DNA from: Candidatus Undinarchaeota archaeon
GTDB taxonomy: Archaea; SpSt-1190; JASMDC01
DNA: 64,000 nucleotides
Direction of reading: 5' to 3'
Assembly (NCBI GenBank): GCA_964519305.1
Contig: CAZFHY010000015.1
Location: 32,001-96,000 of the forward strand
A program made the position numbers and the translations under genes. The notes beneath the pieces are model-generated. The model made no database searches and was not told the origin of the DNA. It saw only the letters and a list, made by a program, of their open reading frames with translations. Every line of letters starts with the position of its first letter. Position 1 is the first letter of the stretch. Shown piece by piece: positions 10,077 to 18,010 of the stretch.

Positions 10077-10898
10077 TTGGTCTACACCGATGCCGTACAG
10101 TATGTGAAACCCAGTGAGGTCTACGGCTGGGAGCATGGTGATACCTACGACGCCCTTGTCGATGTCGCTAAAGAGGGAAAGTGGGAGGAGTACAATATCC
10201 CTCCCGCCGAAGTCGTGCACTTCCCCAACGGCGTCACCAAGGACCTGCCTAATGTTCATTACGTCATCGTCAACGGCCATCACCGCCATAACGCCGCGAA
10301 GCAGGCAGGCGGGAAATTCCCGGTTCTACCCGTGGACGTAGGGAAGAAGGGGCGCGATGGCTATGCCGAGAGCGCCATGCGCTATCATGGTGGTGGAACG
10401 TACGATTCCAAGTTCAATCCCTACAAACCAATGAAGGACAAGGATCCGGAATGGAATGCGGACGGAGCGCCCACGAAACATATCCTCAAGGAGTCGACCG
10501 AGATCAGCGACTACTGGGATGACATGTTCAAAGTAGATGCCCTGCGAGGCCCGGGGGTCCTGGAGAGCTCGGTCTATGATCTCCTACACGACAAGGCCTA
10601 CAAGCTCGGAAGAAAGAAAGTGGACAAGGTCGACCTTCAGATAGGTAGTTCCGTGTACGACCATGCTGCCAGCGGGAAGTCGACATCATTCGATTATGTG
10701 ACCATATCATATTCGGGCGACAAGGAGCATCCCGACAACATAGATGATCTCCTCGAGCATGGACGGGTAAAGGTGGGCAGCCGTTCTTTCAAGGCGAAGG
10801 ACGTGGCGAGCAAGCCCATCTATGACCTTCTTCCAAAGAAGGCCCGAAAAGAAACACCACACGAGATCGAACTGACGATTAACGTGGACCTCTATTGA
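10077..10898 (+). CDS. ParB/Srx N-terminal-domain protein, paralog 1
   Basis: YVIVNGHHRHNAAK motif. TTG start supported by alignment with paralog at 11568 and by TATA spacing. Confidence 0.8.
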   Translation: MVYTDAVQYVKPSEVYGWEHGDTYDALVDVAKEGKWEEYNIPPAEVVHFPNGVTKDLPNVHYVIVNGHHRHNAAKQAGGKFPVLPVDVGKKGRDGYAESAMRYHGGGTYDSKFNPYKPMKDKDPEWNADGAPTKHILKESTEISDYWDDMFKVDALRGPGVLESSVYDLLHDKAYKLGRKKVDKVDLQIGSSVYDHAASGKSTSFDYVTISYSGDKEHPDNIDDLLEHGRVKVGSRSFKAKDVASKPIYDLLPKKARKETPHEIELTINVDLY

Positions 10899-11053
10899 GG
10901 CTTGCCCTTTCAAGAATTCTCCTGCCTTCTGATATGACCGACTCTCGATACCTTGAGATGGGATATTTCCAGGATTCCTGAGCTGTATAAGACCGTCACG
11001 TTCTATCGATTGATTATGGGGCTTCAGTAGGCGGATTAATATCACGAAAAACA

Positions 11054-11077
11054 ATGGTTTCACGAAGGTGAAACCAT
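11054..11077. other. Perfect 10-bp inverted repeat in AT-richer intergenic region
   Basis: ATGGTTTCAC-GAAG-GTGAAACCAT. Confidence 0.7.
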
Positions 11078-11100
11078 CTGGAACAGTAAGTGTGCGACAA

Positions 11101-11133
11101 GTTACCACTCACGAGGAGTAACATTTATATATA
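11101..11133 (+). promoter_or_regulatory. Palindromic site 2 plus TATA box
   Basis: GTTACCACTCACGAGGAGTAAC immediately followed by ATTTATATATA; ATG at 11155. Confidence 0.7.
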
Positions 11134-11154
11134 GGACGAACTATCGTCGCTTGT

Positions 11155-11559
11155 ATGATCTACGCGGAAGCCATTGAGCATGGTAACCCACTCCTACTAG
11201 AGAACAACATCGCAGACCTCAAGGTAACTGCACAGGAGGATTATTCAGTCAGTGGCAGGACCTATGTAAAGGAGGGTGCCGAGTTCTCCTATGCATCCCT
11301 GCAAAGGTTCTGTCACAAACAGGGTATTGATATGCTGGACTTTGACGACATGCATGCTGTGGACAAGGCAGGTAACGATCTTTACACTGTCAAGGACCGG
11401 GTGTTCGACAAGAGCTATGATCTATGCGCTCAGCCACTTCACGTGAAGGACGGGCACGCCTATGGGACTGCCGTCACCAAGGACACGATCGAAGCCAATC
11501 TCGACCAGGTAGGTGGCTGGGACAACGTCGAGCGTGTCGAGAACTACTTCATGTACTAG
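11155..11559 (+). CDS. Hypothetical acidic protein (134 aa)
   Basis: ATG about 25 bp after TATA box, plausible composition, no recognised family. Confidence 0.75.
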   Translation: MIYAEAIEHGNPLLLENNIADLKVTAQEDYSVSGRTYVKEGAEFSYASLQRFCHKQGIDMLDFDDMHAVDKAGNDLYTVKDRVFDKSYDLCAQPLHVKDGHAYGTAVTKDTIEANLDQVGGWDNVERVENYFMY

Positions 11560-11567
11560 GTGTCATC

Positions 11568-12392
11568 ATGACCTACACCGACGCTGTTGTATACGCGAAT
11601 CCCCGTGAAGTACTGGGGTGGGAGCACGATAATACCTACGATGCCCTGGTCGATGTGGCAAAGGAAGAGCGATGGGAGGAGTTGAACATTCCACCCGCTG
11701 AGGTCGTTTACTTCCCTAATGGCGTATCTGAACGCCTTTCTAATGTCCACTATGTCATAGTCAACGGTCACCACCGCCATAATGCTGCAAAGGAGGCAGG
11801 CAAGCCCTTCCCAGTGCTCCCTATCGATGTGGGGGAGGACGGCATGGAACGATACGCCTCCCTCGCCCGCGTCGGCGGTTATGATCCTGAACGTAATACC
11901 TACACCCCCATGGATCCGAAGGTCCCCGAGTGGAACGCCGATGGAACACTGACCACCCACTACCTCAAGGAAACCACGGAAGTAAAAACGCCCACGGATT
12001 GGACGCCTTGGTTCAAGATCAATGCCTTGCGCGGAGCGCAGGTACTGGACGGTACTGTGGACGAGCTGTTGCGCGATCCCGCCTACACATTGGACTCCCA
12101 TCAGGTGGACGCACTCAAGTTCCAGCTCGGAAGTAAGACCTACGACCACGCCAAGAGCTCAGAGTCTACCAGCTATGACTATTTCACCGTCGCCTATGCG
12201 GGTGGAAAAGAGCACCCCGGCTCGTACGAGGAACTCCTGGTCGACGGAGAGATACGTTTCAGCGGTCTCGACGATGAACGCACCTACAAGCTCAGCGAGG
12301 TGCGAGACACTCCCGTCCGGAAGCTTCTAAAAGCGAACCGCAATGACACAGTACACGAAGTGACACTAGCGATAGACGTGGACACCTACTAA
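11568..12392 (+). CDS. ParB/Srx N-terminal-domain protein, paralog 2
   Basis: Start corrected to ATG 11568 (AGGTG RBS; MTYTDAV aligns with MVYTDAV). Full-length similarity to 10077..10898. Confidence 0.8.
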   Translation: MTYTDAVVYANPREVLGWEHDNTYDALVDVAKEERWEELNIPPAEVVYFPNGVSERLSNVHYVIVNGHHRHNAAKEAGKPFPVLPIDVGEDGMERYASLARVGGYDPERNTYTPMDPKVPEWNADGTLTTHYLKETTEVKTPTDWTPWFKINALRGAQVLDGTVDELLRDPAYTLDSHQVDALKFQLGSKTYDHAKSSESTSYDYFTVAYAGGKEHPGSYEELLVDGEIRFSGLDDERTYKLSEVRDTPVRKLLKANRNDTVHEVTLAIDVDTY

Positions 12393-12440
12393 TCGACCCA
12401 AAACCTAGGTTTAAATACTGACCCTCGGGCGGGCAGCGCC

Positions 12441-13349
12441 ATGACAGGGATCGAGGTCGATGATCTATATTCACAGTTCAACGCCGGCTACGAGCAGCTG
12501 GTTAGCGAGGTCGAAGAGAAAGGCTGGCCCCTCCCTGAAGATCCGGAGCACTACTTCCGGTTGTGCCTTTACAACGGCGACATAGCCATCACGGCGACCC
12601 TTGGCGCAGACGGGCCGCACCACATCGACATCATGACCCGGGCCGAGAACATGGACCGGGCAGGAATCCAGCAGCTCTTCCATATCTATTCCAACCAAAT
12701 CGCCTTCGAGAAGGGCGATTACGTTCGGGACCCATCGTTGTCGCTCTTCGCCCGGAACTTGGATGCAACGGACGAGCGCTTCTACATCGGGCAGGACTCC
12801 CCGCAGCTCAAACACCACATGGAGCAGGTCCGCGTCGCCTGGCAGGGACATGAAGATGACGCTCCCTATGGCATGACTGCGGGAACGGCAACGGCCTTCA
12901 CAACGGCGCTCGAGGTAATCGAAGTCGATTCTGCAGATCTGGAGAACAGGCCACGGCACGAGCGGTGGGGCGCGCAGTACAACCTCCAGCGCGGCACACT
13001 CAAGAACATCACCCATTTCCTCGACGCACAAGATGGCGTCGTATCGGTCGCTCCCGACCTGTACTCCGAAGTCCATGGCCAGGACGTGCAGGGCACATCC
13101 TCCCTGCACCTCGTCCAGACCGTCGGTCGGCGAGGGATACATATCGCTCTCGAACGGCCGAGGGAAGACGAGAACCAGGTCGTAGACCGGAAAAACTTTG
13201 AGCGTGCCCTCGGCGAGCTGGAACAGCTCGGTGTCGACCTCTCGGGGGAATGGGAGGTCACCACCGGCATGGAACATCACGCCTTCAACAAGGAGATTGG
13301 TAGATACTTCGAAAGAGGGTACCTCCTCAAGGAGAAGGGAGCGGTCTGA
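12441..13349 (+). CDS. Hypothetical acidic protein (302 aa)
   Basis: TTTAAATA box upstream, typical codon usage, no recognised family. Confidence 0.75.
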   Translation: MTGIEVDDLYSQFNAGYEQLVSEVEEKGWPLPEDPEHYFRLCLYNGDIAITATLGADGPHHIDIMTRAENMDRAGIQQLFHIYSNQIAFEKGDYVRDPSLSLFARNLDATDERFYIGQDSPQLKHHMEQVRVAWQGHEDDAPYGMTAGTATAFTTALEVIEVDSADLENRPRHERWGAQYNLQRGTLKNITHFLDAQDGVVSVAPDLYSEVHGQDVQGTSSLHLVQTVGRRGIHIALERPREDENQVVDRKNFERALGELEQLGVDLSGEWEVTTGMEHHAFNKEIGRYFERGYLLKEKGAV

Positions 13350-13350
13350 G

Positions 13351-13854
13351 ATGGTGCTCGAACTATCCATGTCGGACTATGCCGACCTCACGAACGAGAA
13401 CGTCTATGCTGCGATCGAAGCGTCCTACCGCCTGGCCGGTGACGAGAGGGTGATGGTGAAGCTACCGTACGAGCTCAAGGACGCTGAAGGCGAGCAGGAT
13501 GTGCTTGATAGCGTGCACGAGCACTTCAGTGAACGATATGACACCTTGTCGACCTTCCTCGAGGAGGAGACTAAGGGTGAGCGCTTCAAGCGGTACGTCA
13601 CCCACGATATGTGGGTGCCAGAGAACGGGGATTACACAAAGCAGGTCTCGACGGGCATGCTGGGTCTCATCACAGCCGCCACTGCTGCGACGCTGCCCTT
13701 CACATGGGAGCTTCTGCCCATGGTGGGTCTCGCGGGATTCTTCACCGGCGTCGGCGTGGTCAGCCGGTATCAGGAAGCGAAGCAGCGGGACCAGACCAAG
13801 CTGGGCGCGTATCAGGGACTCGCGGAGCTGGACATAGAGTTCGTCTATGGTTAG
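13351..13854 (+). CDS. Hypothetical protein with a hydrophobic hairpin (167 aa)
   Basis: Start corrected to ATG 13351, directly after the upstream stop. Two Gly/Ala-rich hydrophobic segments. Ends EFVYG. Confidence 0.75.
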   Translation: MVLELSMSDYADLTNENVYAAIEASYRLAGDERVMVKLPYELKDAEGEQDVLDSVHEHFSERYDTLSTFLEEETKGERFKRYVTHDMWVPENGDYTKQVSTGMLGLITAATAATLPFTWELLPMVGLAGFFTGVGVVSRYQEAKQRDQTKLGAYQGLAELDIEFVYG

Positions 13855-13866
13855 ACCATAGAGCTC

Positions 13867-15609
13867 CTACGGGAACCAAGCGTCTCCGATGACATGATGT
13901 CCTAGGTATCGCCGGATGATGTTCTCCGGACCGAACCTGCGGACGATGCAGCGTATTAGGTCACGGGTCGTGCGTGTGGCCCTAGCATGTTCCATCACCA
14001 GGAATGAGCAGCGGTTGCCGGGGGTGATGGATACATCATGTCCTAGCACTTTCCCTCCGTTCACGGTTGCCATACGGAGCGTCTCTTTGTCGGTGAGCCT
14101 GCACCCCCTGGCAAGGAGCTCCATCTCGCGGAACATGTCGGGGGACGTTACGAAGCTGTTGTCGGTCCCGAGCCCGATCTGGAGCCCGGCATCGAGAAGG
14201 TCCCTGACGGGCGGGAGCTTGTTAGTGAGGGTGAGATTGGAGCGGGGGCACACGATGACTGACATCACGGCGTTTGCCGCGCACGTAGCATGCTTCGGTA
14301 GTGCGTGGGTCATGTGCACAGCGATGTCGACCCCCAGCTCAAGAGCGCGGTCCAACTGGCCGGGTCGGGGGACCTCGAGCACGTGGGCGGACACCGGTTT
14401 ATGAGCGCGGTGGGCTGCCGACACCATATCTGCATCCAAGGTGCCCGGGCTAGCTGCACCCAGACCGTCCGCCTCATTGACGACCGAAGCGAGCTCATCC
14501 GGATTATCGGCACGCCCCATCACGACCATGTTCAACGGCGAATAGGTGGTTGCTTCCCGGGCGAGACGGACGCCTACCAGCCCGCCTTCGCGGAAGTCAG
14601 AGACGACACCGGTCCCCATCCGGACCATCTCCCATGCGGTCTGTCGCATGGAGCTGGCTAACATCCCGGGAGGGGTCTGGGCGAGCAGGCGATGCTTGAG
14701 ACCATCGGGTGGCGCCACGAGCTCTTGGAGCGGGACGCTCTGGCCGATGTCAAGGAAGGCGCTGTCCCCCAGGTGGACGTGTGCGTTGACCATAGAGGGG
14801 ATGATGATGCGGTTCCGTCGGTCACTGGCCACTGGTCCCTCCTCGATCGAGGTGATTACACCATCACGGACCACCACTGCACCCTCCACGGGTTCAAGGT
14901 CGGGGCCCACTAGGGCGACACCTTCCTCGATAAGGTCCTGAGCGGGGACCTGTGCACAGAGGCCCTCGACCATGGAAGAGAACCATGCCTCGCCCTTGGC
15001 AAAAGTAGCATGTCGCGGGTCCCCCATGACACCCGTATTGGACTTGGCGAGGTCCAGGTTCTCGTGCGGTCGGGGGCCCGTGGAGAAGGTATCCCACTGA
15101 GGTGGTGCTGGTTCCACTACTACGGTGCTCAGGTCCGTACCAAAAAGGAAGGCGGCCAGCGATCCCTCGAACTCACCGGCGTGGCAGCATCCGCCCAGGG
15201 ACGAATCCCGCATCGAGTTCACAAGATTACGGTCTACGAGGTGCCATGTGTGGAGGAGCGTCACCCCTTGAAGAGCCTCCAATGCCTTCTTGTTCCCCCC
15301 GTGTCCGTTGATAACAATGATCTGACCTTCAAGTGAGCTCACAAGGTCCTGAATATAGGTGTGAAGCGACTCTGCCGACACTGAGACAGTCCCCGCCCTG
15401 GCACTATGTTCGTGGCTGTCGCCGACTCCCACCGATGGAAGGACCTGCGCCCCTGTACGGTCGGCTACTGCCGACACAAGGCGCTGAGCCACCATCGCGT
15501 CCGTGCCCAAGGGGAGATCGGGGCCGTGACCCTCCAGCGAACCTACTGGGACCAGGAAAGGTCGGACCACGAATCCAGTTCGGGGTGATGCCTCCTCCGA
15601 GGCGTACAT
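13867..15609 (-). CDS. Creatininase/ArfB-family domain fused to a metal-dependent amidohydrolase
   Basis: N half: PVGSLEGHGPDLPLGTD, SHEH, NGHGGN, HAGEFE, GVMGDP. C half: NAHVHLGDS, DFREGG, HVLE, HMTH, CPRSN, LGTDN. Confidence 0.85.
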   Translation of the reverse strand: MYASEEASPRTGFVVRPFLVPVGSLEGHGPDLPLGTDAMVAQRLVSAVADRTGAQVLPSVGVGDSHEHSARAGTVSVSAESLHTYIQDLVSSLEGQIIVINGHGGNKKALEALQGVTLLHTWHLVDRNLVNSMRDSSLGGCCHAGEFEGSLAAFLFGTDLSTVVVEPAPPQWDTFSTGPRPHENLDLAKSNTGVMGDPRHATFAKGEAWFSSMVEGLCAQVPAQDLIEEGVALVGPDLEPVEGAVVVRDGVITSIEEGPVASDRRNRIIIPSMVNAHVHLGDSAFLDIGQSVPLQELVAPPDGLKHRLLAQTPPGMLASSMRQTAWEMVRMGTGVVSDFREGGLVGVRLAREATTYSPLNMVVMGRADNPDELASVVNEADGLGAASPGTLDADMVSAAHRAHKPVSAHVLEVPRPGQLDRALELGVDIAVHMTHALPKHATCAANAVMSVIVCPRSNLTLTNKLPPVRDLLDAGLQIGLGTDNSFVTSPDMFREMELLARGCRLTDKETLRMATVNGGKVLGHDVSITPGNRCSFLVMEHARATRTTRDLIRCIVRRFGPENIIRRYLGHHVIGDAWFP

Positions 15610-15721
15610 GACTAGTCTATACCGGTCTTTGTTCCGTTATAAAACTTGCATGACCGGGAGCGCGCGCGTCGGGGAGACATTCCCTATATAAAGATTGCAT
15701 GGAAGGGCAACGCGGGCCCAT

Positions 15722-18010
15722 ATGGACACAGTGAAAGTGCGGGCGACGGGAATTTTCCTCTACTCTTTCGGCGCACTCATCTACGAGATAGCATTGATCA
15801 TGCTCCTACCCCTGCTTACTGGCTTCCTGTTCTTCGACCGGGCAGCTTCGCTCTTGGCAGTGGCCTGCTTCTTCATCGGCTCCGGTATCGGAGCCGTCAT
15901 TGGCGCGCGACTGGGCGACCGTTACCTCGGTACTGCCGTTTATGCACAGTTGTTATGTGTGCTCCTCCTTCCGCTCTTGGTCCCTTTCTTTAGTTCGAAC
16001 ATTCCTGATATATCATGCCTCTTTTCAAGTGAATGCATGGGTTCATGGGTTACGCAGGTGAGCGGGGACGCGCGGATATCCAATGCTATATGGGGCGAAG
16101 CTCTTCCGAGCACACCGGGGCCGTTCAGTAGGGAATATTATGGTATGGAGTGGGTGCTGGTCCTGGTCGCTTTCCCGTTCATCAGCGTTGGATATGTGAT
16201 CTCTCGCGTACTTGGGAGAGCATTAAACGACGGGGGACTCGCTAGCATGTACGCCTGGGACCTGGCAGGTGCCTGTCTCGGAGCAGCCCTGTGCGGATAC
16301 CTGATGATCCCTCAGCTCGGAATGGAGCTAACCCTCCTGGTGAGCCTTACCGCGAGCCTGGCAGGCGCCACCATCCTCGATATTGTCCGACCTCGCCCCC
16401 TCCCCGCCCTGATTTGCCTCGTGCTGGCCGCTAACCTCGTTCACATAGGGATCGAGCCCGGTGTTTCCCAGGGATGCCTCGATGAGGGGGACGAGCTCCT
16501 CTTCCGTGGCTGGTCCCCTCTCCAGCGGATCTCCCTCATCCGTTCCCAGAACGCCCACTGGTTCTGCTTCAATGGTGTCCGCTACAGCCTTGTTGCAAGA
16601 GCAGATCCGGGGAACAAAACACTCACCGAGCTCGGTCGGCTCGTATTCCAAGGGCTGCGTCCGCGTACCGTACTAGTGGTGGGTCCGGGCGGAGGGTATA
16701 AGGACGTGTACCAGGCGACGCTCGCCCACGAATCGGACCCTGCCGTGGCCGCTGCAGTGACCGCGGTCGAGGTGGAGCCGCTCATGGTCTCCACCCTCAC
16801 AGGTACGTACTCCCACGTCAATGATGGGCTCTATCTCTCCGATGGCGTCAACGTGATCAATGATGATGGCCGTGCTTTTCTGCAACGACCAGGCGACACC
16901 TACGATCTTGTCCTGTTCTCCAAGGTCACGGACCTGGCCACGTTCCGTTCCTATGTGCTCTCCGAGAATCGCATGTTCTCCATCGAGGGCATCCGACATA
17001 CCCTGTCCAGACTCTCTCCTGACGGGACCGTTGTGGTCGTTCTCACCTCGCGGCACGAGGCACAGGCACGGCGGCTCATCGCCACGGGTAGGGAACTGGG
17101 CGGTGAGCTCTTCCCTGACGGGCGCTGGCAGGACCATGTCAGGCTCCTGCGGCTCCCGGGTGGGGACACCCTCGGAGATGACCTTGTCATCGCTATATCC
17201 CTGAGCCCATCAGCTCTGGGCGTCCTGGACGGAGTCTCCGTGCCCGAGGCGGAGATGGTCGCATGGACCGCCGACATACGTCCCCTTTCCATGGACCAGC
17301 CATTCGCGTACAACGATCCGGTGGACAACATCCCCTCGGGTCTACAGAAGCTTGCGGCCGGAGCAGGCGCTATCATCCTGCTATTCTTGGTTACTGCGGG
17401 ACGTCTGCTGGCCCCGCTTGTCAAGCGACGAGGCCGGGCGTTGAGAGCGCTCCTTGTGTTCCTCATAATGGGGTGCTGGTCAATGACCTTCCAGGGGCTC
17501 TATCTCGCGAAAGCGGGAGAGGTTGTCGGAGTCTCGCTCGTCGCCAAGACCACCGTCATCACAGCATTCCTTCTCTTCGGCGGTATAGGGAGTCTGCTCG
17601 TGCCGCGGATACTTCCGCATCTTCACCTGCTTATCGCCCTTTTGCCTGTCGTGAACGTCCTTGTTCAGTCCTTGCTCCCAAATGCTATCACGCCGATCAT
17701 GAGCCTTCCTTCCCAACTGTTCACCTTGGCACTGTTCATCCTTCCACTTGCCTTGGTCAACGGGATGGTGTTCCCTGGGACGCTCCTGCTCGCGCGTCGG
17801 CTCGAGCCCGAGGTGGATGCTCCATGGGGGTACGCGGCGGATGTTGCCGGTGCCGTTCTCGGGGTGTTCCTCGCTGTCGGGCTGCCCATAACCTACGGGT
17901 ACAGCGCCACTCTGCGGTGGTTCCCATTCGTGGCACTGGTCCCCGCAGCGCTCCTCTACGGACTGGACATCGGGAAGACAGGGAGAGACCGTCTACCTAC
18001 CACACGGTGA
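15722..18010 (+). CDS. Polytopic membrane protein with central spermidine-synthase-like SAM-binding domain
   Basis: TM block with YAWDLAGACLG, then VLVVGPGGG, AVEVEP, DDGRAFL, YDLV, then a second TM block with YAADVAGAVLG. ATG 15722 preferred over the TTG start. Confidence 0.8.
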   Translation: MDTVKVRATGIFLYSFGALIYEIALIMLLPLLTGFLFFDRAASLLAVACFFIGSGIGAVIGARLGDRYLGTAVYAQLLCVLLLPLLVPFFSSNIPDISCLFSSECMGSWVTQVSGDARISNAIWGEALPSTPGPFSREYYGMEWVLVLVAFPFISVGYVISRVLGRALNDGGLASMYAWDLAGACLGAALCGYLMIPQLGMELTLLVSLTASLAGATILDIVRPRPLPALICLVLAANLVHIGIEPGVSQGCLDEGDELLFRGWSPLQRISLIRSQNAHWFCFNGVRYSLVARADPGNKTLTELGRLVFQGLRPRTVLVVGPGGGYKDVYQATLAHESDPAVAAAVTAVEVEPLMVSTLTGTYSHVNDGLYLSDGVNVINDDGRAFLQRPGDTYDLVLFSKVTDLATFRSYVLSENRMFSIEGIRHTLSRLSPDGTVVVVLTSRHEAQARRLIATGRELGGELFPDGRWQDHVRLLRLPGGDTLGDDLVIAISLSPSALGVLDGVSVPEAEMVAWTADIRPLSMDQPFAYNDPVDNIPSGLQKLAAGAGAIILLFLVTAGRLLAPLVKRRGRALRALLVFLIMGCWSMTFQGLYLAKAGEVVGVSLVAKTTVITAFLLFGGIGSLLVPRILPHLHLLIALLPVVNVLVQSLLPNAITPIMSLPSQLFTLALFILPLALVNGMVFPGTLLLARRLEPEVDAPWGYAADVAGAVLGVFLAVGLPITYGYSATLRWFPFVALVPAALLYGLDIGKTGRDRLPTTR

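Noticed and set aside
7111-11077. GGTGAAAC hairpins as CRISPR repeats or hammerhead ribozymes
   Set aside because: Only two dissimilar copies 4 kb apart, no spacer periodicity, no CTGANGA core.
8314-13854. Acidic proteins as evidence that the host is an extreme halophile
   Set aside because: Housekeeping proteins such as SerS and GcvH keep many Lys and are not haloarchaeal-like; acidity is strongest in the islands and was judged by eye only.
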